Of a stretch of DNA of 64,000 bases, positions 44,792 through 55,501 are shown piece by piece. How positions within the stretch are numbered: position 1 is the stretch's first letter; each line of letters begins with the position of its first letter. Below the pieces are notes generated by a model. The model ran no database searches. It worked only from the letters and a program-made list of their open reading frames with translations, and was not told the origin of the DNA. The stretch comes from Schizosaccharomyces osmophilus (taxonomy: Eukaryota), in NCBI RefSeq assembly GCF_027921745.1, contig NC_079238.1:4464001-4528000 (forward strand), given 5' to 3'. Made by a program: the position numbers and the translations under genes.

Positions 44792-47487
44792 TTAGCGTCG
44801 TAACTGACCAAGTGCATTTTGCACAAGTCGACTTTCCGGCATGTTTTGAACTCGTTCTAGAAGTTCGCCAAGAAGATTACCACTTTTTGCTTTTGCGGCT
44901 TCCTCGCTAGCACCTTTTACATCACCAACTTGTATCCAAAGATCAACTTTTTCTTGGGTTGATATCTGTGTGCAACGAGATATATATTTCGCTGCTTCCC
45001 TTTTGTTTCCAGCACTCAATATCTCATTCACAAAAGGTTCGAATCCGATCGGTGACCTACGCAAAGATGCAGCCCATTGTTCAATTTGAAGCCAGTCTCT
45101 TATGGCGACAAGAGCACGTAACTTCAGCCAAGTGAATCTTTTTTCGGGAACGGCAAACTCTGATCGTATTTTTGAAGCCTTCTGGTTCTGATTAAGCTCT
45201 ACCAGTTTAACAATTAATTCGTTGATCGTTAGTCCCACGAAGTTACTTGCAAGCTGGCTTTCATAACCTTCCTCTAACTGCAAGAGTTTTACTTGCTCGT
45301 CTAATAATTTGCTTTCCAATGAAAATTCTTTTGAATCGTTGCATACCTTTCTAGCTGTTTGTAAAGAGGCAATACGTTCCTTAGAAGTACTAACTGTCAA
45401 AGTATCTTCAATAGCAAGCATTGCTAGACCTTTACGGTCGTCATCCTGGTAAAAAAAGTCATGAAGTGTTCTTCGATCATTTTGCTTTGCAAATTCAACG
45501 TAGACATTAGCAGCATTGGGATGAGTATTTAATAATTGAAAAAACGAGGCGATGGACATCTGTTGCTTTATTTGAAGTATAACGTACAGAATTAATTCAT
45601 AATCAGACGTTTCAATGACCCTACTCATAGCTTGTTCATAGCTCTCCATGTTTAGCAGCAACATAACTTGATGATTGGCAAGCGGTTCAAAATCAAGAAG
45701 TTTGGTAGATAGCATGATTCTTCCTTCTTCATAAGCAGTGCGTGCAATCTTTTCGTAAGAGATAAATTTTCTTTTCGACAGTCTGTCCACTATATTATTC
45801 AGCACTACATCTTCCGGTTCGTTTGATTGCTTGAGATATGTTTGCGCCCATTCGATATAAACCCAGTCGCACGGTAAGCTTAAATATTGAGCTGCCTGTG
45901 ATGCAATTCCATATTGCTTTCTCCTGGAAATTCTTCGAATAAGTCGCTCGAAACCTAGATATTCAAGTTGATCATGTGTAATGTAAATGCCTATGTTTGG
46001 AGAACGAACCGAATTTAGAACGCGTATTTCTTTGCAGATGTCAACAAACTCCTGGTGATTAAAAGCTGTCAATGTGTTTTTTCCTAAAGAGGCAGCTTCT
46101 AGTAATTCTTTTTGCCATTCGATGGAAAATTCATGAAGAGCAGCCTGTGTACAAGTATCGACCGCCGCATGCATATCATTTTTCATTTCCAAAAGTAGCT
46201 TTTCCGCAAGAACTGATTTGGATTTCATTTTCTGCGAAGCTTCCACCAGTCTGGTAGCAGGGCTTCTGGATTGCATCTCAAAAACCTTTTCCAAAGACGA
46301 AGGAACTCTTTGCAAAAATTCACACTTCTCTTTATTTAAAACTCTCACACCATCAATTTCAGAAAAGACAATGGGAGTATGATTATACAAAAATGGAACG
46401 GAACCCCCAAAAGGACCAACGAGGGTCAAAAGGTTATCGTGAACGAGGACAACAGCGTCATTACTGCACCAAGTCATTTGTTTTAATACAGCTTCGGAAA
46501 TCGTATATGGCAGTTGGAAGTCCAAGAGGATCTTTGTAAAATCAGACGAAATAACGCGAATTTTCCCTTTTTCTTCGTAGAGAGCTATATATCTTGAATT
46601 AGGAGACACAGAAAATTGATGTATCAGTTCTGAAGATGGAATCTTGTGAACCTGGACATCTTGCTCATCAATTTGAAGGATTTGGTTACCAATGCTCACC
46701 AACACATCATACCCCAAATCAAGAGAGAACTGATTAGGAATTAAATTCCATGAACTTATTTTCTCACTATCCATCAACTCAATAGGAATATTCGCAAAGT
46801 TTTTTCTTCTTGGTTCGTCGAGACCTGATAGAGAAATAAAAGAATCATCTTGCAAACGAACAAATACAGCACCTGAAGAAAACCGACATTCTTTGACACC
46901 AATTTTTTCGATTCCTTTCCCAATGGAGTACTGATGGAATTCGCCGAGAAGATTATACATGCGAACTTGACCTTGTTTCGACAATACAATCAGTTCCTCA
47001 TTATCATTCCATCCCATCCCAGCAATAGAAACTTTATCCCACTATCATTAAGTTAGTTAAGATATAATATTATGTATTGTTCTAGTGCCCTACCGTTAGC
47101 GTTTGTAAGTGTCTACCTGTCAAATTGAATATGCATATGGAATATAACGGTATCTCCTCAAACTTAAAGTTCTTATGTATATTTGATTCCGACCGTGTTA
47201 AAGCTAACCGTTAGCATTCATGTTGGACAGACAGGAATGAATTTTTATCATTAATTCATACCTATTGCTCCTCCACAAGGGGCAACTGCTGTTAAAAAGG
47301 CAACTGGGTCAATAGAATCCCATACTGTATTCCCAAGATTTATCTTTTCTTTGTTAGTTCATCACACTGGCACTTTTAGATACCCTTTGGTAATGTGTAT
47401 TCTGTAGAAGTTCCCATTCTATCATTAGCGTTTACTTTTTGGAATAAGTTTCATACCATATGCAGGATATTTCAAGAGACTCTCCAT
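44792..47487 (-). CDS. vps16: HOPS/CORVET subunit Vps16 (4 short 5' introns)
   Basis: AVAPCGGAIA, WCSNDAVV, EIDGVRV, DFFYQDD, SPIGFEPF. Small 5' exons 47487-47457, 47418-47384 and 47343-47262 splice in frame. Confidence 0.92.
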
Positions 47488-48034
47488 TTCTTATTGAGAA
47501 ATTCATAAGTTTCTGGTTTCTAAAAGTACGAATTGCAGGTAGACGTGTAGTTACAGGTAGAGGCGCGTTGGCAGATCAAAAGGTCCTCATAATTGCAAAA
47601 AGCAATCCTTCTACTAGCAATTAATACATTACAATACTACAGAAAAATTAAGAATATACAGGAGGGTTGAAGGATTGGACACCGATAGACACACTTCTAT
47701 GTGGACTTTATAAGGGACAATTTCCTATGAAACTTTAGATATATTTTATAGAAAAAAAAAAAAAAAAAAGAGAACAAAGAACTGTTGTAAGCTGAGATCT
47801 GAGAGTGCTGCAATAAATCAATCTGATTTGTTCATTTTCAAGAGTAATTAAAGGTGGTTTGAATATTAACATGATTGAGCACCATATATGCAGAGAATAA
47901 AAATAGTCATAAACCACGTAAATTGGATATTCAACCCTGGGTGAAACAAAGCGAACAAGTACTCGGTTCATTAATGTAGGTTTGGTAGACGCCAAAAAAA
48001 AGAAGACTTCGTATGACTAATTAATGTAGAGGAT

Positions 48035-49051
48035 TTACTCATATTCTTGTGGAAGCCAGAAAACTAGTTGTGAACCACCCGTGACGAATTGATGGTAACG
48101 GGGATTATGCTTAGCAAGGAAAGGCTTGACGAGGGATTGGGAGACGATTTGACGCTGTGGTGGATTAGACTTACCCTTGTGATGAGACGGATGCTTGAGA
48201 TTCCAAACATTGATTGTTTTTTCGTTAGCAGCCCCAATTACAAAAGGCGCTTGAGGTGCAAAGGTTACAGAACTACCCAAGGAAGATTCAGAAGAAGGAA
48301 GATCTTGAAACCCGTCAAGTCGTGAAACAATTTCTCCAGAAAATGCATCCAAAACATAATGTACATTTGCACGAGTGGACAAAAGTATGAACTTGCCATC
48401 GTTGGAAAACTCCATATGCCGCCATTCAGGCATCATAGGAGGGAAAGAAAATCGAGATAGGTATCTAGAATCATTAATATAAAACGTAGAAAAGGGTTCT
48501 GTGTCATATTTCCGAGCATCGTATAGAAAAATGCAAGACAAGGAATGACAGGCTACTGCGAAAACAAGTCCTGTAGGATCATATGCAGGTAAGCCCGCTG
48601 AAGGCAAGTCCAATGATCCAAGACAACGAGGTGTACGATGGATATCCCACAGCTTAAGAGTTTTATCGTAACTTGTACTCACAAACAGATCCTCAATTGG
48701 GGACACCTCCAAGTTCGTAACACGTTCAGTATGGCCTGGAAAAGTAGAGATAAGTTTGTCATCAAATGTAGAATAATAGTAAAGATTGTTGTTTGTTTTT
48801 TTGGTAGATAAGAGCAGGTTTTTGGAATGATGGGTAAACCGCGCAATTTCCAATCCCATTTCCGGACAAAAGACTATTTTCGCCAATTTTGGATTTAAAG
48901 CATCATAGATTTGCACCGCTCCATCTGCAGAACATGCTGCTGCTAAATATTCTCCTTTGTCATCAAAATCAATACTGCTTAGTACGGATCCAATCGAGTT
49001 GTCGCGAAATGAATGCGCCGGCTTCAGTGTAGATAGTGAGTTTACGTCCAT
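48035..49051 (-). CDS. swd22: Swd2/WDR82-family WD40 protein (CPF-associated paralog)
   Basis: SIDFDDKGE, FPGHTERV, AYDPTGLVFAV, EFSNDGKFILLST; paralog assignment rests on synteny. Confidence 0.85.
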   Translation of the reverse strand: MDVNSLSTLKPAHSFRDNSIGSVLSSIDFDDKGEYLAAACSADGAVQIYDALNPKLAKIVFCPEMGLEIARFTHHSKNLLLSTKKTNNNLYYYSTFDDKLISTFPGHTERVTNLEVSPIEDLFVSTSYDKTLKLWDIHRTPRCLGSLDLPSAGLPAYDPTGLVFAVACHSLSCIFLYDARKYDTEPFSTFYINDSRYLSRFSFPPMMPEWRHMEFSNDGKFILLSTRANVHYVLDAFSGEIVSRLDGFQDLPSSESSLGSSVTFAPQAPFVIGAANEKTINVWNLKHPSHHKGKSNPPQRQIVSQSLVKPFLAKHNPRYHQFVTGGSQLVFWLPQEYE

Positions 49052-50166
49052 GCCATATATGTCTATGAAATATAGTAAGAAACTGACGCGTTTTTTTTTT
49101 TTTTTGTATACGCGTGAACTGTGTAGTCTCAGTTTTCGTTTAAACGAAAACCATTACGATTTGATCACAATACTCAGGTTTAAAATAGCGAACTCGCCTT
49201 AAACATCTTCAATAATGGATTGTACATAATAAGGATACATCAGTACTTGCTTTAAGGTACTTGACATCGACTCGCTATTATATATATACATATTAACTTT
49301 GGTTAAACAACTTACTGCAAAGACGGATTTAATATGTTTTATTACATACAAGTAAATAAAAGTATTATGCTGTATGTTCTTTCTAGAGTATGCTCGCTCC
49401 ATTCTTAGAGTCGTAGTATTCTCAGCCTAAGAGAAAAAATGTCAAACTGGAATGAATTGCTGCTCTAGAAGCAAAATCAAGTTGAACTGGTTGTTATTGT
49501 ATCATGTAGGATGGCATGATAACTTTGTTATTGCTAATTAAATAAAAACATCAAAAGGTAAACTCATCCCACCCGAATAGAAACATCTTTCAAAATGGAG
49601 ATTTTATTTGAGACTTAAATGTATTCGAAATTTAATCAAATTATATACTGTAGTTTAACTATGCATAATTGATAGAGCTTCTTGCTCATTAGTTCGGATT
49701 TCAAAAATGCCGGGTTGTTTCGTTAAACCATCTTTTCATGCATTGTTTACTTTTTGTACTATTTTAGTTTATAATATAATACAATCATTCGTATTCGATT
49801 ATATTTTAACAATATTCCATAGGAGAATATCATAAGGCTATAGAAATGTTTTACTACCGTCAATTTATTGTAACGAGGACTGTGACCTGTCAGTGACATA
49901 ATGTCTTTGTTTCAGGAAATTGAGACATGCAGAAAGCCACTACCAAGAGTTTTTCAAGCAGGCATCTTTGGTTTTAACAGGCAGTTTCTTTTGAAATATT
50001 TATTTATGATTCAATTAAGTATCCTTTCTTTATTGGATGATTAAAAGGTAACCAGTTTCTACTGACTTTCTTTGGTGATTCTAGTTGTTTTTGCCTAGAC
50101 CGTGGATTTTGGTGCTTTTTTGTTTTTTGATTGCCATTGTTAAAATGAATTATTGCCATTGTAAAA

Positions 50167-51149
50167 ATGAAGAATAAATATACTCATGTTTCGGTCTCTG
50201 AAGACTCGCCCAAAACGCTCAATGATGAAAAGTCAGAGAGTCGACCTCCTTCAGATGGCACACCTCCTCCGTACTCTAGTAAGATGTGACAGAGAGGTCA
50301 TTTGTTTCACTTTTGTTTGAGATTTTCTGCCGTTCTCTGTCAACAAACATGGCCAACACCTTTACCCTTTTGCATGCTACACAAAAATTGCTTCTACTAC
50401 ATCCAGTAGATTCATACAAATCCATTGATTTGGATATGGCTGACGGATTCGTTGAAGAATCCGCTAATAATTCTTGGATAAGTTGTTTATTCTGATTCTT
50501 GGGTTCAATTTGCTCTTGGTTGTTTTCTTTGCCATAATCTTCGTCTACAAGTTTTCTGTGGATGCGCAAGTTCCTTGAGGGATTTTTGGTGATTGAATTT
50601 CATCCGTAATGCTGCTTCTAGCAGGTAAGACAACGATTTCTATATTTTGAACAAATCATTAACCATTAGTGAAACTTATATCATATCCAGGAAGCTTCAC
50701 AAAAGCTGGGAAATCAAGCTTGAAGTTTACTAAGAAAGCTTGTAAAACAATCAAGAAGTTTCTAAAAACATGGTGGATCCCTCTTTGTAAGGCAACAGTA
50801 ATTACGGTGATTGCGAACGGAGTCGGGGGTTCCATTTGCATACTTAAAGTTTTAAATACATGCACTCAATTGCTGTCTTGGTGATTTTGTTGTATTTAAC
50901 ATATGGTTTTTTACGTTTATGCGTGAGGTGCAGATATCAATCATTTGTTCTTACCTATTCCAGGAAATTCTGATGTGTTTGAAGTATCACACAGGAGGCT
51001 TTAAATACCACACTTATAGGAAGCACATTCAAGATTATTAGTATAAGATCTCTTAGTAACCTATCAGAATAGGAACTAGCAGAAATGGCCCACCTCGAAA
51101 CGAAGCAATCAATCTTCAACCTCTTGCTGAGCAAAGAAGTGAAGTTTGA
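50167..51149 (+). pseudogene. wtf: wtf family (meiotic driver/antidote) pseudogene, 5 exons: 50167-50278, ~50407-50624, 50670-~50922, ~50964-51018, 51068-51149
   Basis: Exon 1 MKNKYTHVSVSEDSPK...GTPPPYS with phase-1 GTAAGA donor. Exon 2 hydrophobic KLFILILGFNLLLVVFFAIIFVY followed by *GIFGD* (W..FG.W motif with TGA). Exon 3 FTKAGK...KKFLKTWWIP. Last exon ...AINLQPLAEQRSEV*. Frameshifts and stops are present; the exon 3 and 4 boundaries are approximate. Confidence 0.85.
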
Positions 51150-52229
51150 GTTCTCATGTCTATTTCTTCGTGTAGCCTTAGTCATACTCTTTCTTGTTTA
51201 ATTTTCGCCATCTTTGGAAGTACCGATGCTCATTGCAGTCCACCAAGTACTAAAGCAAAGATATATTCGCATATGAAATTTGCACGCAATAAGCATGAAA
51301 ACATTGCATCCAGAATGGATTAATTTATTTGCCTTCATTCACTTTTTCAAGATTCTTCTAATTCGTTTCATTTTCTTGTCATGGCACTATTACTTACGCT
51401 TCATCATGGATACAACACAGCTCCTAATGATAATTTACATATTCTCATATCAATGACAATTCCTGTTGAGAAGAACTGTAACACCTACTCCACATTGCAC
51501 GGTGTAAATGCATATTTTAATTAACAATTTGAACGATATCGAATCTCGTCATTTGAAAATTCTAATTGTAGCTAGAAAGTTCCCCAAGGGTAGAGGTAAC
51601 ACCAAGTGTAGTTTATTCGCCATAACGAAATCATCTCCGAAAGCATACCGGACTCGAAAGTCGTCTTGTTTATCCTTCCTTTATTTGTGAATTTGTCTCG
51701 ATGGGTGTTTTGTTGACAATATGCTTATTACACTAACCAGTACTACAAGAATATTTAAAAAAATTTAAGGCATATTATGCTAAAGGATGAGATATAAAAA
51801 ATATAAGCAAAGCTTCAATTCCTATGCCAACAAAAGTGAAGATTATGCTTGTTCTGTTACAAGGTTGCATAAATCCTTCAGTTCGTCGTCAAAATCTCCA
51901 TATTAGAAGATGTTATTCGTTTGACTGAATGAGATCAACCTCCTACATGCAAATCTGTATATCCAGATTCCAGGGTTTTATTTCTTCGCTAATCACTAGT
52001 ACCGCAACATCCAACTTGAGCAAAAGCTGCTACAATCTTGTAAGCACTAAGATTGTGACAGCGACAACTCTAATGCAGAAGTCGTTTTTGAAATATTATT
52101 TAATTCAAGTAACGACAGACTCGTAACTTCTTTGTTGCCGAAACACTGCCAAAGACAGGCCATAAAGGAACTTGGGCAAACTGCTTGATCCAACAGTATA
52201 TGAAATTTTTAAGTTGTTAAAAGTAGTGT

Positions 52230-54012
52230 ATGGATCAAATTCTTACAAAAGTTACGGCAAGTGCTGCCACATATGCAACTGCCTACGCGATTAGAACAGG
52301 AGTGAATTGGGCAGGATCATTGGCGGCAAAGCGTCTCACAAACTTCATTCAGGTATATTGATAATTATAGGTAATTGAAGAGGCTTCTTTTCTTCAACCA
52401 GTGGCACGTGTCTACTCCTACTTGTCTAGCTAACAATTGGTATAGCAATCTGCTCCTGAATCTGCTCAATATAATTTGGAGCTTGTGAAATCAAGACTCG
52501 AACAGAAGATCCTGGTAAGTTTGAGATTGGAGTTTTTTGAGCGTTGAGCTTGCTTACCATCTCTTGCTCTATCAATTGAAATTCGTCTTACTGTTGTAAT
52601 ATTTACCTTTGAAATGGAATTCAGCTGACATATAAGGCTATTACTCCGGCTGTTGACTTAATTGAGCTCATGTAAGTTGCACAAAAACTCAGTAAAATGT
52701 GGTGGGTCGATGCTTTAAAACAATGTTTGAAAAAGTCACTTGCCCTTAGAAGTCAATTGCATATCAGGATACTTACATATACTAGTGCTGCTCGCGGAAA
52801 CTCTAGTTTACAGAACCTTGTACCTCTCATTCAAAGACTGCGAGACCACATTGATGAATTCTCAGAATTTGTAATTGAAAAAGATTTACCAAATCCGGAC
52901 CAGGAAAATTTAAAAGAAGCATCCAAAGACATTCACACTAGCTGCGAATATCTACTAAAGGAAATTGAACAGGTATACTCGCGCATTCCTTGTTACTATA
53001 TACACTGCTAACAAGTTTTAAAAACCTTCAGACCATTCCTTTAATTAATCTTTCTCTTACGACTTCAGGCGTAACTTTGAGTTCAGCACTGAAAGAATCG
53101 CTGTCTCCTTCTCGTTTACTGCAAGCACAAGCTTTCTTAGAGTTATCAGACAGACAGTTTGAAGAGAATCTGACAAATGTACAGATAGGTCCCAAATTTT
53201 CACTTACATTTTATAAAACCTTTCACCGTTCTAAGCAAAGTGATGGTCCGTCCGACGTTTCTTGGAAGGAAGAATTTCCTAAGTGCTTGGTATACGTAAA
53301 AAGAATTGTTTCCGACGAAAAGTTTCGGTATGCATTAATTATTGAAGAAGACCTAAATGACGGACGATATCATGAAGAATTAGTCGACAAAGACTTATCG
53401 GGGCCCATAAGGGGAAAGACTATAGAATATCCTATAAACTGTATGTCTATATTATGCTACACTGTTTCTGGAAAGTTGCTAGACATACCTCAATCAAGAT
53501 CACCTGTTCTTGCTGTTCAGCTAATGCAGGCTTCTCCTGTAGATGAAACTTTGGCCATTTCAAACTCGAAAGAGGGACATGCTTCTTTCAACGATGAAGC
53601 AGAGGAAAACCCAAACAAAGAGTCTGTAAACAACACAAGAACAGATTGGATAGCGTTAGAAAGGTATGAGGATCCTTCTTTTGAAGCATCTTCAGAATCA
53701 GAAAGTGAACTGAATTCAGAATCTAGTTCAGTAAGCGATTCGGAAGATAATACCAGGAATTCGAACAAGGCACAAGGCAATAAAACAGAGGATACAAAAA
53801 AAATTAGTTTGGATGAAGAAGAAATTATAAATTCTATGTATTCATTGAATATTAATCCAGCTACATCACTTTATTTGTCTAACCCAAATTCCCTTTCTCT
53901 ATTAGAGTACATCCTGCGTTTGTGTGCTTTGCAAGAACTACATCAAAAGGCTTGTTTTGAGATGAGTGATGAACAGTTATCTGATATGTTAGTTAATGCT
54001 TGGAATAATTAG
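52230..54012 (+). CDS. yrb30: RanGTP-binding protein Yrb30-like (4 introns)
   Basis: MDQILTK...YAIRTG, LEQKIL|AITPAVDLIEL|AARGNSSL, IPLINLSLTTSG, WKEEF, EDLNDGRYH, LSLLEYILRLCALQ. Confidence 0.85.
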
Positions 54013-54244
54013 TTTTATACGAAAAATATTATACTGGAACTTTCAGTAAAAATTTTAATTTGTAAACTTAATGATTAGTTTGGAGCCGGTGCTCTTTATT
54101 TCATTGTTTCATCAATTAGCTACGCAAGTATATATTATTCGATTAAGAGTCAATTGGTACTTTTTATTTGAAACGTAAAGACACATAAATTAACAATCGA
54201 AGGAAAATGGTATACAAATACAAAAGACTTAAAAAATAAAACAA

Positions 54245-55501
54245 TCAAAGTAATTCAGGAGTAAGGCACGGGTTATTTAAAGGATATTGGATGCTCTGCT
54301 GATTGTCAGAATCATGCTGAATTAAATAATCGTCAGGCTTCCCATCATCTAAATTGTCTAGCAGAAGCTTGTCTTCTATAAAAGAATGCGATAGACCAGG
54401 ATCCCTGTGTTCTTCTTGTAATGCAGAAATATGGTTTAGAGCAGCCAGTGTTGTCGGATTGTTCAAATGAGTTAAACATCCAAGGCATTGGCAATTTTCA
54501 TCACATTTACAATGAGATGAGCCGCGAGCACAGCTACTGGGAATAGTAAAATAGTCGGATAACTGGATAGGGAAATTATGAGAAGGAATGCTGGAACCAC
54601 TTTCTGGCTTTATGCCATTCAGAGGATTAGGAGGTGAATATATGGGTGAGTGAGAAGGTTGATCGTGGTTTAATGGAACATAGGAGCCATCATCCAACAT
54701 GGCAAATGGGTAAGGAGAATTTGGTTGTGGGTATAGATCATGACTAGCAGCTGCAGCCGCAATGGAATCCTGAGAATTAGAAAGAACCTTAAAGGCAGAA
54801 GACTCTGGAAAATCAGGTGTCATCTCTCTTTGCTGATCTAGAGAAAAACCTTGAAAGCTATTTATTTCATACTGTAATCCAGAAGTATCATTTGCAAGGA
54901 TGTTAGGAGTTTGAAAGGGATGTACGTTTGCATGTATTCGGTGATTATTGCAGTTAGAATACCACTGCGGAGAAGGGATATGATGACTGTTGTGGTAAAA
55001 GTCTTTATAATGGCATCGAGGAACTTTTGGGTGGCTATAGAAGCCAGCACCTGAGTAATGATAGGGGTGTTGATTAGGAACATAGAAGGAGCTGGGACTT
55101 TCCGATTTTATCGAAGAAGTATGAGGAAAACCATCAGAATCTGATGTCGTAGATTCAGAGGGCATTAAGAAAGGTAAGGGAGCATGTGAATGGCGGCCTT
55201 CACAACAAGAGGAGGGGGGAGGATCAGAATTTGTTGAAACTGGGGGCGTAGCATCCGTTTCTGGAATTATACTGCGTGCTTTTTTTAGTATAGGTTGGCG
55301 TTTTTCAGTATTTGAGCTGCAAGTACACTTTACATGAATATGACGCTTGATTCTAGCTTGGCGACATTTTTCACACTGACTGATAGGTCGACCTCTTGGC
55401 CGAATAGGATGAAGTTCTCGGTCACCATGCTTGCAACTAGATGACCGATGGCCACGTATGCACTTCATGCAAGCCATTTTTGCATCGTTGACCAAAATCA
55501 T
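54245..55501 (-). CDS. cuf1: Copper-sensing transcription factor (copper-fist)
   Basis: KMACMKCIRGHRSSSCKH...RPRGRP and C-terminal Cys-rich CARGSSHCKCDENCQCLGCLTH. Confidence 0.93.
   Translation of the reverse strand: MILVNDAKMACMKCIRGHRSSSCKHGDRELHPIRPRGRPISQCEKCRQARIKRHIHVKCTCSSNTEKRQPILKKARSIIPETDATPPVSTNSDPPPSSCCEGRHSHAPLPFLMPSESTTSDSDGFPHTSSIKSESPSSFYVPNQHPYHYSGAGFYSHPKVPRCHYKDFYHNSHHIPSPQWYSNCNNHRIHANVHPFQTPNILANDTSGLQYEINSFQGFSLDQQREMTPDFPESSAFKVLSNSQDSIAAAAASHDLYPQPNSPYPFAMLDDGSYVPLNHDQPSHSPIYSPPNPLNGIKPESGSSIPSHNFPIQLSDYFTIPSSCARGSSHCKCDENCQCLGCLTHLNNPTTLAALNHISALQEEHRDPGLSHSFIEDKLLLDNLDDGKPDDYLIQHDSDNQQSIQYPLNNPCLTPELL

Noticed and set aside
50276..50569. Minus-strand ORFs at 50276-50569, 50659-50865 and 50955-51185
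   Set aside because: They are antisense shadows of the plus-strand wtf pseudogene exons.
49052..52229. Intact 5S rRNA gene or Tf LTR flanking the wtf relic
   Set aside because: No full 5S sequence and no TG...CA LTR-like element recognisable by eye.
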